The translations under genes were made by a program, and so were the position numbers. A DNA stretch of 64,000 nt, taken from NCBI GenBank assembly GCA_052426225.1, contig JBNJNM010000021.1:1550001-1614000 (forward strand). The letters are read 5' to 3'. Every line of letters begins with the position of its first letter. The first letter of the stretch is position 1. Below, piece after piece: positions 1 through 14,400 of the stretch. The notes beneath the pieces are model-generated. The model saw only the letters and a program-made list of their open reading frames with translations, did no database searches and was not told the DNA's origin. This DNA comes from Zancudomyces culisetae HAW-14-8 (lineage: Eukaryota > Fungi > Kickxellomycota).

Positions 1-2
1 CA

Positions 3-108
3 GCAGACAGTTTGTCGAGACTTTCAACTGAAACGGCGCCAGACGAGAACGAACCGATAGCTGATTACATTGATTTAAATTGTCTCGAGAAAATAAAAAT
101 ATTATAAT
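3..108 (+). pseudogene. Ty3/Gypsy pol fragment (end of RNase H)
   Basis: Translates ADSLSRLSTETAPDENEPIADYIDLN...; ADxLSR is the RNase H C-terminal motif also seen in the full elements (ADHLSR, ADYLSR). Confidence 0.6.
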
Positions 109-160
109 AGTGAATAATAGATTAAATCCATAAAATTTACATTACAGATTGGAGAATAAC

Positions 161-560
161 TGTCATGATCCAATCATGACATTTTGGGGAAAATCAAAGT
201 TTTAAACGTTTAGGGCAAAACAAAAACGAAATTAATTTTGGGAAAAAACAAAATAAACCACATTTTAGGAAAAATGTAATTATCCATTTATTGGGTAAAC
301 CAAAATTGGTTAATATTTTTTTTCAATTCCCCAACTCTCAACTCCAATTAAATTACATTTAATATCGTTTGTGCTATTTTGTTTCATGCCTAGTTATTTA
401 TTGTCGTTAAATTATTATTTAATTGATAGTGAGATTTAAAACTATAAATACTTAGTGATTTTATTGATAAAGATCTTTAGCAATAAAATATCAACTATCT
501 TTAACTATAGTTTTCAAACATAATTAAATAATACTATCACTCAATTGTCAAGTTCTGACA
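161..560 (+). mobile_element. Isolated LTR related to the chromovirus LTR
   Basis: Starts TGTCATGATCCAATCATGACA and ends GTCAAGTTCTGACA, like the LTRs of 27822-33654; TATA at 443 followed by AGCAATAAAATA at 479-490. No TSD. Confidence 0.7.
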
Positions 561-1013
561 ACTTTTTCGCTTTATTTCACATAGTTCTAACTTCCGGTAA
601 TACTTTCCACATTTGTTGGTCCCAGTTTTCTTTGTTATTAATCATTGTTGTACTAGGGCGTTTTTAATAGTCTGGTTCATGCATTTTTACCTGCCCATTG
701 CTTTGGGGTCGGTAAGCCGTAGTAGGTGTATTTTTTACGCCCAACCACTTGTATACTGCCTTGGTTGCTTCGGACATGAATATCGAGCCTTGATCGGTTA
801 CTAATTGTGTCGGAACTCCGTAGTCTTGCACTATTCATATATAATAAATTTTTAATTGTGCATCTTAATAGTTTCGGTACTGGCATTACTACTGGCCACT
901 TCATACTGTAGTCAATCGCCGTTAAAATGTAGCGGTTTCCGCTCTTCGATAATGGGTTAATTGGCCCCATAGGATCGATTCCCCATATCTCGAATGAGTG
1001 GTTTCCTTATACC
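561..1013 (-). pseudogene. Degraded Ty3/Gypsy integrase fragment (same clade as elements B and D)
   Basis: FEIWGIDPMGPINPLSKSGNRYILTAIDYSMKWP matches the integrases at 25648-27198 and 41303-42274; frameshifted. Confidence 0.85.
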
Positions 1014-1407
1014 TGTCATGTTCCATTCATGACAATAATTCTGTTTTTAATATTATTTTAAAAAATGGCAAATTTTAATTTTATTGACATTTACTCCGCC
1101 TAATTCTTACTCCAATTATTATTAATTATGGAGTAAGAATTAATATTTTATATAATTGGGTTTTACATAAATTATTAAATGTTAACTGTGGAGTTGAATT
1201 ACTTATTATTTAGTAATTTAGTTTATAGTGTTAAGTATAAATTTTATATGATTTCAAGTAATTATGTAAATTGTAAAACTTTATTAGCACAAAGATTTTT
1301 TTGATTTAGGAACTTTAGCAATTTAATATTTTTCATCTCATAGTATTTTATTTAATTAAATCATAGACATAGTAAATACATATAGTAATTAGTGTCAAGT
1401 CCTGACA
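1014..1407 (+). mobile_element. Isolated LTR of the chromovirus family found at 27822-33654
   Basis: TGTCATG...CCTGACA; diverged reverse complement of 27822-28212 along its length. No TSD. Confidence 0.85.
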
Positions 1408-2375
1408 CTAGTACATATTCGCTTGCTTTGGGTTGAAAGCTTTGCTAGACGACCGCGTATATTAGCCGATAAATTGAGTTTCATTGCTGCTTTTATTCTG
1501 CATATTGTTGCTTTTGTAACTCCTTTTTTTATAATGATTTAGTAATACTTTAATTATCAAGTATTGTGTATATTACACTAAGTTAAAGTTGTTAATATAT
1601 TTATTTAAAATATTATCATATCTAGAGTACTTAATAATAATTTTAATAATTTTATAATTTAAACTATAAATTTATATCAACTATTTAAGTTAGATTAAAG
1701 ATGATTATGTCAATATACTAATATTCTAATTAAGAAATTATTCATAATATATTTTCTTGTGAATTTTATCTTATCATTATTAGTAAATCAAATAATCGAA
1801 TTTCATATGAGCTTTATACAATATAAAATTTATTAATTTATTGATTTATTAAACGAGTTGTTACAAATTATAAATATTATAAAAAATTAGACATAATTGT
1901 GTACATTGTTCAAGTATGAGGTGATTTAATAACGTTTATTTCTAAACTTGAATTTGACTAAATTTACTATATAGATCGTTTAAAAACTTTTCGTTTAATA
2001 ATGTCTTTTGCATAGCTTATTTACTTTCATGATGGAACGATAATGTTTAAAATACTGATTTAATCTAGCTATAATTTACTAGAACTAATTATAACATATC
2101 AAATTTTAGTTTGGAAGTTGTTAAATGTTATAGTTATAATTGATAAAATATATGAAACAATAAGATATGTGGAACGCAGTTTTCATATAATTTGAAACCA
2201 TATAACACACTGTATACAGCTCTAATACAGATGTTAATTATCTAAAAGCTTAAATTAACTATCTCTTCAACTGAAACTCTTGATATATCATCAAACTGTA
2301 TGAGTTGACTTCTATCATATAAGAAATAAAGTCTTATTAACCTAATACTTCTATCCCTTAGAGAAATTAACTGCT

Positions 2376-2880
2376 AAACTGTATTCCTCTTAGCTATATG
2401 TGGTTTTATTCGTGCAAGTGATATTGAACGCATATCTGAATCAAGGATCGTTTCCTCCTCTGATTCAATGAAGTTTACTGTTTTTGAAAATAAAGAGTAG
2501 CGCATGGGACTCTGCATCAACAAAGTATTTACACTTATGCACATAGTATAGACACCTTTGTCCCGTATCAGCATATCGCGAATATATTGAAATAATTGAG
2601 ATGGATTCATTTCCTACTCTCAAAGAACACATAAGAAATATTATCAAAAAGATAGTTTATTTAATCAGGAGATATAAATATTAGGCACAAAATATATCTT
2701 CTCAGAAGATATGTAAATAAATCTGTTTTTTATTTTATTAAAATTACCTCAGCGAGTAAAAAAACGGATTCCAGAGCATTTGGTTCGACATTGGCAACCG
2801 AGGCTGGTGCAAGTATTGACGACGTCATCTAAAGGGCCTTTGATCGTCATATACGGATTTCAATTCGTTTTACTGATTTT
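2376..2880 (+). pseudogene. DIRS-type tyrosine recombinase relic
   Basis: Manual translation gives FLLAICGFIRASDIERI, CPVSAYREY and RAFGSTLATEAGASIDDVI*, homologous to LLAVAGFMRPSDI / CPVRTY / RALGATTAFKAG at 61-62.6 kb; stops and frameshifts. Confidence 0.8.
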
Positions 2881-3510
2881 CTTGTTGAGCTTGTCCTATA
2901 TTCACCGAATTGGTCATCAATCGATATAATATTACTCAACCTGAACACAATTTCCATTCATTCGTACAGATTATCATCAATCTCAACTTAATCTACTTTC
3001 ATCATTCAAGTCGACTCGCTATCTTGTCTTTATCTAAAATCATTGCGAAGATTTCTCTCGATCATTCCTAATCCACCATTATTCGTTTGATTGTTGGAAA
3101 ACTGACACGATATTTCGAAAAGTATCTATTAATAGTTATTATTTATTTTTCCACATGGTTTAAATACAATGTTATGGCACATATAACATACTTTTCTATT
3201 ACTGCTATTAAAAATTATATATACTCAACAAATCTATAACTTCATAATGTCTACACTATCAATCAAATTTCCTTATTTCTCTTTTACCAATTAAACGCAG
3301 TATTTTCTTATTTTTTCCACGATCAAACAATTTTTTTATTCACATAATCCTTATGCAATAATTTTAAAAAAAAATTTTCTAAAGCCTAATGTTACTATTC
3401 CAAGTACTAAACTCATTTCAAGAACTCGAATATATATTCATAATTGATTTATGTAATAGGCGAAAGTCTCTTCATTTAGTAGAAAGTATACCGATAAATC
3501 TTATAATACA

Positions 3511-4692
3511 ATGAAAAGGGAGAATACAGAATTAACTGAAACAATAGACAAAAAGGCCAAAGTGGAAACAGACACACTAGAAGAAATGGTGGCGTACGAC
3601 TACTTCAATAAGGTATTAAAGAGCCCCAAGTACATATTGGCGCCGATGGTGGATCAAAGCGAATTGGCCTGGCGAATGCTGAGTAGAAAATACGGGGCAC
3701 ATGTATGTTTTACCCCAATGTTCCATTCCAAGCTTTTTACAACAAAGCAATATTTTGAAGACATGTGGGAGTATGATGAGAAGGATCGACCCTTAATAGC
3801 ACAATTTTGTGGAAATGATCCAAAATATCTGGTAGAAGCCTCAAAACTAATAGAAGATAAGGTGGATGGTATAGATTTAAATCTGGGATGTCCACAACAT
3901 ATAGCAAAGCGGGGGAAATATGGCTCTTTTTTAATGGAAGAGTGGGACCTTATAACTCAAATTATAACAGCACTATGTGCAAATATTAAAGTTCCTATTA
4001 GCGCTAAAATAAGAGTTTTTGAAACCGAAGAAAAAACAGTTGAATACGCAAAAACTTTGGAAAAAGCAGGTGTGAAAATGCTTACTGTTCATGGAAGGCT
4101 ACGCGAGCAAAAGGGACACAAGACAGGTTTATGTGACTGGACCAAGATACGTGCGGTAAAACGCGCTCTCAAGATTCCAGTGGTGGCAAACGGTGGAATT
4201 ATGTACAATGAAGATATAGATAGGTGTTTAGAATTTACGGAATGTGATGCAGTAATGGTTGCAGAAGGTAGCTTGTACAACCCAGCTATATTTTGTGAAA
4301 AGGATGAACATGTTAACCAATGGGAAATAGCACAAGAGTACTTGCAAATAGTAAAGGAAAATTATCCTGGTACAAAATCGGGCTACATAAAGTCGCATTT
4401 ATTCAAAATATTCAAACCTAGCCTGGGTCAATTTGTTAATACCAGAGAGCAACTCGGAAAGGCCAAATCGCTTGAAGATTTTGAAAATGTAGTATCACAA
4501 ATGAAGAGCAACTTAACAGGGCTAAAAGATTCTTCGGGTGTCGAACAGAATGGCACAAATTATCATATTGATGCGTATGGATACCGAACCCTTCCTGTCT
4601 GGAAATGTCAGCCTGAAATCCGAAAATGTTTTGACTCTAAAAACTCGACCAATGGGCTGCCATTGGGAAGAAAACACTTTGGCTCTGATTAG
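3511..4692 (+). CDS. DUS1: tRNA-dihydrouridine(16/17) synthase
   Basis: 393-aa intronless ORF with LAPMVDQSELAWR, DRPLIAQFCGND, IDLNLGCPQHIAKRGKYGSFL, LTVHGR, VVANGGI. Confidence 0.93.
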   Translation: MKRENTELTETIDKKAKVETDTLEEMVAYDYFNKVLKSPKYILAPMVDQSELAWRMLSRKYGAHVCFTPMFHSKLFTTKQYFEDMWEYDEKDRPLIAQFCGNDPKYLVEASKLIEDKVDGIDLNLGCPQHIAKRGKYGSFLMEEWDLITQIITALCANIKVPISAKIRVFETEEKTVEYAKTLEKAGVKMLTVHGRLREQKGHKTGLCDWTKIRAVKRALKIPVVANGGIMYNEDIDRCLEFTECDAVMVAEGSLYNPAIFCEKDEHVNQWEIAQEYLQIVKENYPGTKSGYIKSHLFKIFKPSLGQFVNTREQLGKAKSLEDFENVVSQMKSNLTGLKDSSGVEQNGTNYHIDAYGYRTLPVWKCQPEIRKCFDSKNSTNGLPLGRKHFGSD

Positions 4693-4743
4693 AAATTACA
4701 TTTTTTTATTTATTAAAAAACAACTAAACACTAGCAGGTAAAG

Positions 4744-7522
4744 CTAGTTTGTACTGTGTTTTAGGTGATACTGCTCAAGCTCCTTGTCGCTCACCGGGGC
4801 AGGTGAGTTCAAAAATAAATCTTTACCCTCTTTTGATTTTGGAAAAGCGATGACATCTCTCAAGCTACTTGCGTTTGTTAGAATAGCAATAAGTCTGTCA
4901 AACCCAAGTGCTATACCTCCATGGGGAGGGCACCCGTGCTCTAGAGCCATCAATAAATGATTAAATCTGGCGCAACTCTCAGGATCCAAATTCAGCATCC
5001 CTTCAAATATGTGTTTTTGCACGTCTTTATCATGATTTCTAATGCTTCCACCTCCCAATTCTACCCCATTTACCACAATATCATAGTGCTGTCCTACTAT
5101 TTCCTTCATTTCTTTGGACGCGAGCTCCTCTACATTTTCCGGTGCTGTAAATGGATGATGTGTTGAGCTAACTGTTTTTTCCCCTTTACCTTCTATTGTA
5201 AACAACGGGAATTTCTCTATCCACACGAATTCGAATTTTTTGGTGTCTGTCAAAGTGAGGCCTCCTATGTAACTTCTAACTCTACCGAGTGTTGTGGTTG
5301 CCGCCTTTTTTTAATAACATGAATCCGTTATTTTTTTTAGTGGTTTGGTCAATTTTTCTTTTGTAGGTCGGTTGGGGTCGTATTTTCTATAATACTGGGA
5401 TATAATTGTACTTACTGTCAATTCCGGATCTCTTTCTGATACTACAACCAAATCTCGGCTAGAAATTTCTTTTCTAATAACATTTTCATTTTCTAAAATG
5501 ATTTGACCATCTATACCTGGATGTGTGATATCCAACAACTCATTGCTTTCTTTATTGATTTTATATATTCTGGTGCACTAGTCGTATTAATGTATCAACA
5601 CAATAAAAGTTAATAATAAGACAAAAATTTTCTCAGTGCCTTAAATAATTATCAGCTAATGTTGCTAGGAAAGTTCGACACTGGCTTACCTTTGACTCGT
5701 TGTTGTTGATACTCTCTCTGATTATCTCTTGAATAGCATTTAAATTAAAATTTTTGGCTCCCTTGACTACCAAGTATTCGATTTTGCCCAACTGCTTGAT
5801 CTACCCACAGTGATTACACAAATTATTATTGTGCTTGCTAATTCTACAAGCTTTTATCCGCGCTGTATATGGTAATTAAATCAAAAATAATGAAATTTGG
5901 TTACCTCCAGGTTAGAAAGCCTTAAATCTGGTTTATCACTTCCATACTACACATATTATCATCCTTTCGTTTTAAATTACAAAGTTCGACATGTTGAAAG
6001 GCATATAAAAGTTGGGAAAAAGTACAACTCAACTAGAGTAAACAAATTTACCTTGTTAATTGCATCATCAAACGTCATCCTGTTTATGGGAACTTGGATA
6101 TCAATGTCCAGTATTTCCTTCCACAAAGCTTTTAATAACCCTTCAACTATCCGTTGAATATCCTTTTGGTCGATAAATGACATTTCTAGGTCAATCTATC
6201 ACATATGTTGTACATTAGTTATTGTAGCCTAGCTAACTTAGATCGACTCATGTTTATATAACCCACCTGTGTAAACTCTGGCTGTCTATCTGCCCTTAAA
6301 TCCTCATCTCTAAAGCACCTTGCTATCTGATAATATCTATCGAATCCGGATACCATTAACATTTGCTTAAACTATTTGTTTTACCATTTATAATTTGTTT
6401 ACTTGAACTATGTCCTAATTTTCTAGTGAGCTGATACTAAACCAAGAAATTGTAGAAGCACTATTAATACCTGCTGCGGGCTCTGTGGCAGCGAATAACA
6501 ATGTCCTGGTAAGTTCCTGCTTGGAACCAAAAACTCCCTAGCGCCTTCAGGTGTGGGCTTAAACAAAATTGGAGTTTCAATATCGTAGAATCCTCGTGAC
6601 TCTAAATATTTTCGAACAATGAACATGACTTTTGATCTTGTCTTGATGTTATTTTGCAGTTCTTTTCTTCGTAAGTCCAAATGTCGAAACTCTAGTCTTT
6701 TTTCCTCTTTTGGCTATCAAGTTATTTCAAGTATGCAAATGGTCTTTAAATCCGTATATTCTCATAATCACTAACATTAACGTTATATTATGCTAAGTAT
6801 TGAGTTTTTACTTACCAGTTTTTCTTTGGTGTGCAAGTTAAATGGCAAATTCCGAGCTGTGTTGAGCACTGTAACATCACTTGCTACAATTTCAACAAGG
6901 CTGTGATCAAAATTCGTCTCATCACCTTTCTTTTTACCACCAGGTTGCTTTTTCACAACTCCTTTTATTTTAACAACACTCTCCACAGGCAAATCCCTGA
7001 GCACCTCCCATATCTGCCCATTATCTTTAGAAAGTGTCTGCTTATCTAACACAATTTGCACGGTGCCATCAATATCTCTTAGTTTAATAAAACTCAACCC
7101 GCTTGATATTGATCTAATGCTCTGAGTCCAACCGCAGACTTCCACAACCTCACCTATCAAGCAAGAACCGACTTGACCGCATGTGTGTGTTCTCATTGAA
7201 GTTGCTTTTACATTATATGAGTTTAAATCTTGTTTGGTAATGTTATCTATTTTCAGAATCATTTGTTGTATATTCAGTTAGTGATATTTTATCAATTAAA
7301 TAATGTACTATACATACTGTACAGTTTGGATATTGTTGATTTTATATAATATAAACAGCACTTGCTTATGATTGAGGTATGAAATTGAGATTCAAGTCTG
7401 GCTAGATTGCTTCTTAAATTTCCTTCTTTGGTTTTAGTTACTCTTGAGGCTATACAAAGTGCCAACGGTTTGTATCGCGTTGATAATCGTCTAGAGATTC
7501 CGGTATGAATTATTCTTAGCAT
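4744..7522 (-). CDS. MSD1: Mitochondrial aspartyl-tRNA synthetase, ~9 exons
   Basis: [75 protein letters not shown]; Arg-rich N-terminus. In-frame GT-AG introns at about 7247-7317, 6714-6815, 6372-6470, 6196-6266, 5947-6051, 5801-5904, 5578-5689, 5305-5415. Confidence 0.92.
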
Positions 7523-10500
7523 TTTGTTAAATGTATCGACTATTCAACATGTTATCTCTGTTATCTTGTTCAAGCAAGTTCGAGGGCAAAGATACAAAAC
7601 CTTTTAAAATCAGGTCAGAAAACTTGATTCGATCATTTCATTCAAACATACTATTGGTTCGATTTCACAATAGAAAATAAAAACATTCGATAAATGTTGC
7701 AGTGTGTAACTCAACAACTAATAACATGCTAACTATCCAGACAAGAAGAAATAGTGCCCACATACTCGTCATTAAAACAACGGCGACTTAAACCGCTATT
7801 TACTACTTTTCACGCTTTTATACTTTGCGCTTTAAACGCATGTACCCTACGTTATTAATTTTTAACTGAAAATATTAATAATTATGTTCAGTTAATTTGG
7901 TATAAAATAGTCTTTTTATTTTGAAATCTAAACTTTGATAATAAAGATAATAAGAATGAAAACCTGAAACACATAAACCCGAGTTTTGAGTTGTAAGTTT
8001 ACTTTTTCGGTGTATAGCTAGATGATAGAATTTGACCAATTCTATTATTCTATTGATATGCTACCACAGCAATTGGGCTGACACCCAAACCATGCGAGCA
8101 AGTGTTAGGTGTTTCGGCTTCCTCATGACAAGAACATTGATGATGGTGGTCGTGATCTACTTGATCGATAACAATGGCAACGGTGACAATGATGACGATG
8201 GCAACATCGATTTACATTTTCTACTGTAACAACACTAGTGGTATACATATCTACACTGTTACTTAAAGGATGTATGTTGTTTGTAGCTACCTCACATTTG
8301 CCCCTTTGTATATTTTGTATTTGGCTAAGGTGGCAATTTTGGGACACATTCAATTATAGATTCAAATGTTTCTTCAAGCCTTTTCTACGCTTTTGCCATT
8401 CTGCGATGAGATCTGTTCAGCTATCTCGAGTTGACAATTTCTTTGTCTTGGAAATGTGCGGACACAGAAAGGAGTGCAATAAGGCACAATAATCTCACTT
8501 TAACCACCATGTACTTTTGGTATGGCTATTTACTTTTGATTTTTTCTATATTTCTTTAACTAGACGCTTTTCTCTTGTGGCTACTAGAATGCAAAAACAC
8601 TAATAATGTCACCAATAGTATTCTTGCCTATGTTCGGTGGTTTTGGCGTGGTAAGTCAATGTTTAAAACAAGATCTGGTGAAAGTTGGCGTTTTATTAAA
8701 CGCTTGTTATGATCGGTATTTATTTGAGTGTAAAACGAACTGATATATGCTACTTTATGGCATTTTTCGACATATCAAAATGATGAGTTTGTTCTTAAGT
8801 ACAAGGGTCGGCACCATAATTGGCTTGGTTCAATTAGTCTAATAGTATTGAGGCTAGTAGCACTGAATCATTTTTTAATAGTTAATATTTAACATATATT
8901 ATGGTTTTTGACTTTGGCCTAAACTGGTGTGCTAACTCCAGAAAATTTTACTCCCATATAACCTGTTCTTCAAAAATTAAGTGATGTACATCGTTATTTG
9001 CTGCTACTTCACTTACAAATGATTGTTTTAGGAAAAAAGATCTTAATTTGACAAAATAGTTTAATAATATCACCATCTCCCCTCTTCGGTTGGAAACCTG
9101 CTTACAGTAAAGACATTAACTACCGATTAAAACCAAGAACTTTTTAATTTGCATTTCACCCGTTCTTATCCTATACCGATTATCTATTTGAGGTATTTTT
9201 GACAGACCAGCTTCATAAAATGTCTACTCAGCATTTTCTCTTATACGTTAGCTATATATTTATGCTTTTATTGACCACTGTTGATTCTTAATATCTCATA
9301 TTTTTGTTTGATGGTAGTGTTTGTTTTAATTTGGTTTGAGTGTGTATTTATTGAGGCTATCAATTGAAACTAGAAAGAGGTTTTAGCTAATTCGCCCGAT
9401 ACCGATATCTAGTGCAATGTGTACTATCTTTTCAGAGAATCTATCTATTGGACATATATAAGGATTAATTATTAAGTGCACTCGGCTTATCAAAAAAATA
9501 GTTTTGTGCTGATCCTGAGGTGTACTAAGGTAGTTTGCCATTTCAAAAATAGAGTGGCATTCTTTCAGAGTAATAGTAGTACATTACTATTAAATGCATT
9601 TATTTTTGCTTTTTGGATCTAGCTATGTGGATACAGCTAGTATTCTAGTACTAACCTAGACAAGTAGACATGCCAGTATTGTCTGTGCAAATGTATACGT
9701 ACGTACTTTTCTATCCAAACTTTCAACTTTAGTTATTGTTGTACATAAAATTAACAATGGTAATCTCCTCTTTTTTGCATACATGTGGGAAAGTACATTT
9801 TATGCAAGAGTATTGGATTTTTTTTCCCTTTTTTTAAATTAAAAGAATATCTACTAGTATTTGCAGAATTGAAGTGCAAAAAGTATAATGCCTTAAATAA
9901 CTAACATGGTACAGATGTTTAAATTAAATAATAATAAACGTGAAATTAAATTTTAAGCTGAACAGTAAGATTCAATTAGATAGTAAAGGAAACTTTCCAT
10001 AGTTTTTAAAATTAAGAGAGAAAGGGAAGGAGAAAGAGAAAGGTGTTGCGTTTGGCTACAAAAGACGAATTATCCTATATATTTTTATGATGTGCAGTTA
10101 TACTGGCCAGCAAGTAAACAAATATGAAATATGCACAGTAATAGGTTGTTTTTCATCTTTATCTAGTGGATAATACATTTCCCATATTTACAGGGGGGTG
10201 GTGGGAGTATGTGATGAAGGCACAACTTTGCTTAGCTGTTGCCTATAGAATTTTTTTTTTATAATCAGAATTAAATTGGCAAAAGAGAATTGACGATAAG
10301 AGCCACGTTTCAGTAACAGATGTTACATAAGTGCGCACTATCTTCACTGCCAAAATAATTATCGATAAACAAATCAGTTACGAACATCTCAAAATAAAAA
10401 AATAGGACAATTAGTTATGGATCATGTCATTTTAAAAAGAAAAATAACTACTCACGTTGCACGTTGGCTAGAAAAGTGAAAATAAATGAACGTGAAAAGG

Positions 10501-11428
10501 TATACAATCATTTTCATGTGAACAGAGGTGTTAGTAAGGCTACCAAAGACAGAGAAACCCACAACACAGTTATCATCCATCCGACTCCCGTGATAACTGT
10601 TGGTCTTTTCTAGACATAACTACTGCCTATTAAGAACTATCTATCTTTTTGCTTATCATTTTTCGGAAAAAGTTTTGAACAAAAAAGGTGCCGCTCGTTC
10701 TGATCCACTCCGTTCCCTTTATATTCATTTCATTAGCTACTCTTCAGAGCCATGGACAGTGTATATGTGTATTTCATTTGTATCTGCTGATTTTAATAGT
10801 GTAGCTAATTGGATTATCCTATCTCTAGTTGTTTCTTTAAAAAAAGTGAAGGGTTTTGAAAATCGTCTTTTTTTCCCGAAAACTCAAAAATTTGAAACAT
10901 CTTGGGTGTTTCCAATTAAAATACAAATGTAGGATTCATATTTATTATTTTTGTTTTTGCTGTTTCAACATAAAAATGTATAAATCATTTGGTGTACTTG
11001 ATTGGGTGAATTTGTAAGTGCATTTTATTTTTTTTACAGATTTTTTTTGGGGGGGGGTAGGAAATCGAATGGTGGGGAATGAGTTTGAATGCTCTTATAA
11101 ACCTTAAAGTAGCATTAAGCAAAAAAAAGGAAAGCCCATACTAAATACAAGATATAATACAAGGGAGTACTCAGGGAAGGGTATATTAAATAGAACTTGC
11201 TCTCCATCTACAAAGTAGAATAAAATCATAGATTATAAGAATCAATGAACACTATTCGGTGATTGGAAACAGCATATTTTGAGGTTTGGAGAATAGGTGA
11301 AACTAAAAAGAAATTGATGGCTTGCTAATTAATCTCCTAAATTAAACACACGGAATCATTTCAAACGAAAATAAATAATATAATAGAACAAGAAGTGGGA
11401 TGGGCTGAAATAGAAAATAGACTTAAAA

Positions 11429-14400
11429 ATGGATTACGAAAAGGAAAAAAAAGAATTAGAAATAGCATGCTACGAATTTCAAACAGCTGTTAATAACAGC
11501 GAGGCGGAACAAAAATTGCTAAAATTTAAGCAACGACAAGATTTGCTGGTGTTTGGTCAATATATAATTAAATCAGCAGACAGTAGTGGTGCCGCCAAAT
11601 TCTTTGCGATACAAGGAATAACCGAAACAATCCTCGAGAGGTATACACAAATGGACTTGAGAGAGGTATTAGAAATTAGGCGACAATTAATAGAATATGT
11701 GATTGGAAACAAGGAAAAAACAGAAGGACAGTTTGTTAGCGAAACTATTTGTTGGAGTATTTCGGTTATTACTAAAAGAAGCTGGCTGGATATCAGTCAA
11801 GAGGATAGAAAGCAATTTATAATTGAAATTTGCAGTATAATAAGTGTAGGAGCAGGGGCTATTGATGTAGGAGAAGGAGAGCGAGAAGGAGTAGAGAGAA
11901 ATGGGTGGAATCAAAAGGAGAAAGAAGCAAGAGATAGGAAAACAGCAATGATGATAGCAATAGTGGTGCAGCTGTTAGAAGAATTTTCGACAAGCACAAA
12001 CCTGAAAAGGTACAAACTACCGTGGGAATTCCATTATAAAAGCAAAAGATTGTTCGAGCAGGAGGGGGCCTTAAGAATGTTATTTGAGGCAAGTTTGGCA
12101 GGTCTGGAACAACAGATACTAAGATCTAAAGATGGGCTGATAAAGAGCAGCGGTGAGGAAATACTGATATGTGAACGAGTGTTAAATTGGGAGTTTACGA
12201 AGAACGATGTGGAATCGGTAATGAGTGAGATGATAATTGAAAAGGGAGCCTTTGGTAGAGAGGGAAATGAGTATGGCAATAACACAGAAGATATGAATAA
12301 CGGAAGTGGAGGACCTGGTAGCAGACAGCCAAGAAACGTGTTTCCGGTGGAATGGGCGGGAGTATTATTTCAGGCAAAAACGTTGCAGATATTTTTGCAG
12401 GTATACTACAAACTTCCCAGAAATAAGAGTGGGTACAACAAAGTGAGACACTCGGCAATGCAATGTTTGGTGCAAATGTGTGGAATGAAAGTTCAAGATC
12501 AAATAGAGGATAAGGCGATGGCAGAAACAGTAGAATCGATGAGACTGTTATATTACGCATCAACAATGGATATGTTAATACAAATGGCCGAGCTAACGGT
12601 GACGCATAGCGATCTTAGCAAAGAAATGGGAGCGGAGGAGTATGTGGGGTTGACAGAAATGAACTTGGGATTTATGGAGATGATTACAATTTACAACCAA
12701 AGCACACGGAAGAGTAATGATGCGGAGAAAAGGTATATTATCAAATATATAACAGAACAATGTGACAATACAGCAAATTACTTCAACTCGGTGTCATTGC
12801 TAACGAGGTTTGGAATACAGGAAATGATGAGGTTAGTGGAGAATGGGGAGGAGGTTGAACAGAGTATAGTAGTTGAAGGGGTGACTAACCTGTTGGATAG
12901 CTGGCAAGTGATTATTGAAGAGGCGGATAATGAGAGGCGGTATTACTACGACTATAACTACAATCAAGGTGAGCAGCAACTAGATCAAAAGATAAATGAG
13001 TTTTGGGAAAAGGTGGTTGTGGTATACACGCGCCCAGTTTATCAAACCTATATAAGTTTATGTTTGAAGGCGGCGAGAACAGGGGTGAATTTTCAAATGG
13101 AGTCTGATGAATATGGTCGTTCCTTGGCAGGATTATCACAGCACCAAAGTGGAATTGGTGGAGAAGATGATGACATTGAAGATGGATATTTTGTAGAATA
13201 TGACTATTTTTATAACCAAGTAAAATTAGTATCACAATTTGCCAGGTTGGTAGACAGCCGAACGATATTACAATATTTGAGCGAGGAAATTAGAAAGCGA
13301 CTGACAGGGATGGTAGAGTTTGGAAACAATAAAATGATACTGGCAAGGGAGCTAAAGTGGTTAATAATGATTTTGGGCCAAGTACTTGCAGATGATAGTA
13401 ATGGTAGTGAACAGGTGATGATTCCTGAAGAGGTTATGAATTGTTCAGTGGAACAGACTAATAGATACATGTTGGATATTGGTACTGAGTGTGAAAATGA
13501 TAGCTTTGTAAATGGTCGCGGTGGTGGTGGTGGCAACAGTAATGGTGTAAATTCAGCAGCAAAAAATCGATTAAGGACGGTCAATGGATTGGCAACAGAC
13601 TATTTAGCATTGGAAGCAGTTAAATGTGATAGTCTGGCTACGTCTATTATAAAGATTCACAAATTGTTAATGATAGTTACAGCAAAGTATGTTGAAATAG
13701 TCAAACAAATACAAATGCAAATGCAAATGCAAATGTCAATACAAGAAACAACAACAACAACAAAGACAACAACAACATCATCTTCATCATCTTCATCATC
13801 AACAGCAACGGCAACAACAACAACAGCAACGGCAAGACTGCGACTATGTGAAGACTTGCTGATTACAATTTATGACTTTTTTGGAAGAATTATTCCAGTA
13901 TATTTTGTGATTGATGAAAATGAGTACGAAATAGTGAGTTTAACGGTTTCAAAGAGCGGGCTATTCGGAAACAAGAATGAATGTATAAGCCTAATAGATG
14001 ATTTGGTGCTACAATGTTGTGAAAGTATAAAGGTACAAGGACTATTAAAACGCAATGATGATGGTAGCAAGATTGATGATGGATCTACTAATACTCCAGT
14101 AACCAATTCTATAGTAAAAATGTTGACCAGCCTTACCAAGTCTCGGCGAATATTGACAGGATTGTTATTTCATAGTGAAAATTTTCAACAAGTGTTGGTA
14201 AAGGAGCTGTTTGATATGTTGTCGTATACAGAGATAATTCCGCGACATTTGACTAGTCAAGTAGTGTATATAATTGGAACTAGTTATAAGTTGCCGCTTG
14301 AAATAATGAACAGCATGTTTACGGTGTATTTTGTGAATATTATTGGCAATGATTTGGGTGCAAGTGGCGATACACAGCTTAGAGAACAGCAGGTATTGTT

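Noticed and set aside
7247-7365. GC-AG first intron in MSD1 (GCAAGT at 7365)
   Set aside because: A canonical in-frame GTATGT donor at 7317 works equally well; cannot be decided without transcripts.
8032-10932. Short ORFs at 8.0-8.5 kb and 10.6 kb
   Set aside because: No recognisable motifs, several non-ATG starts, and no coherent exon chain found.
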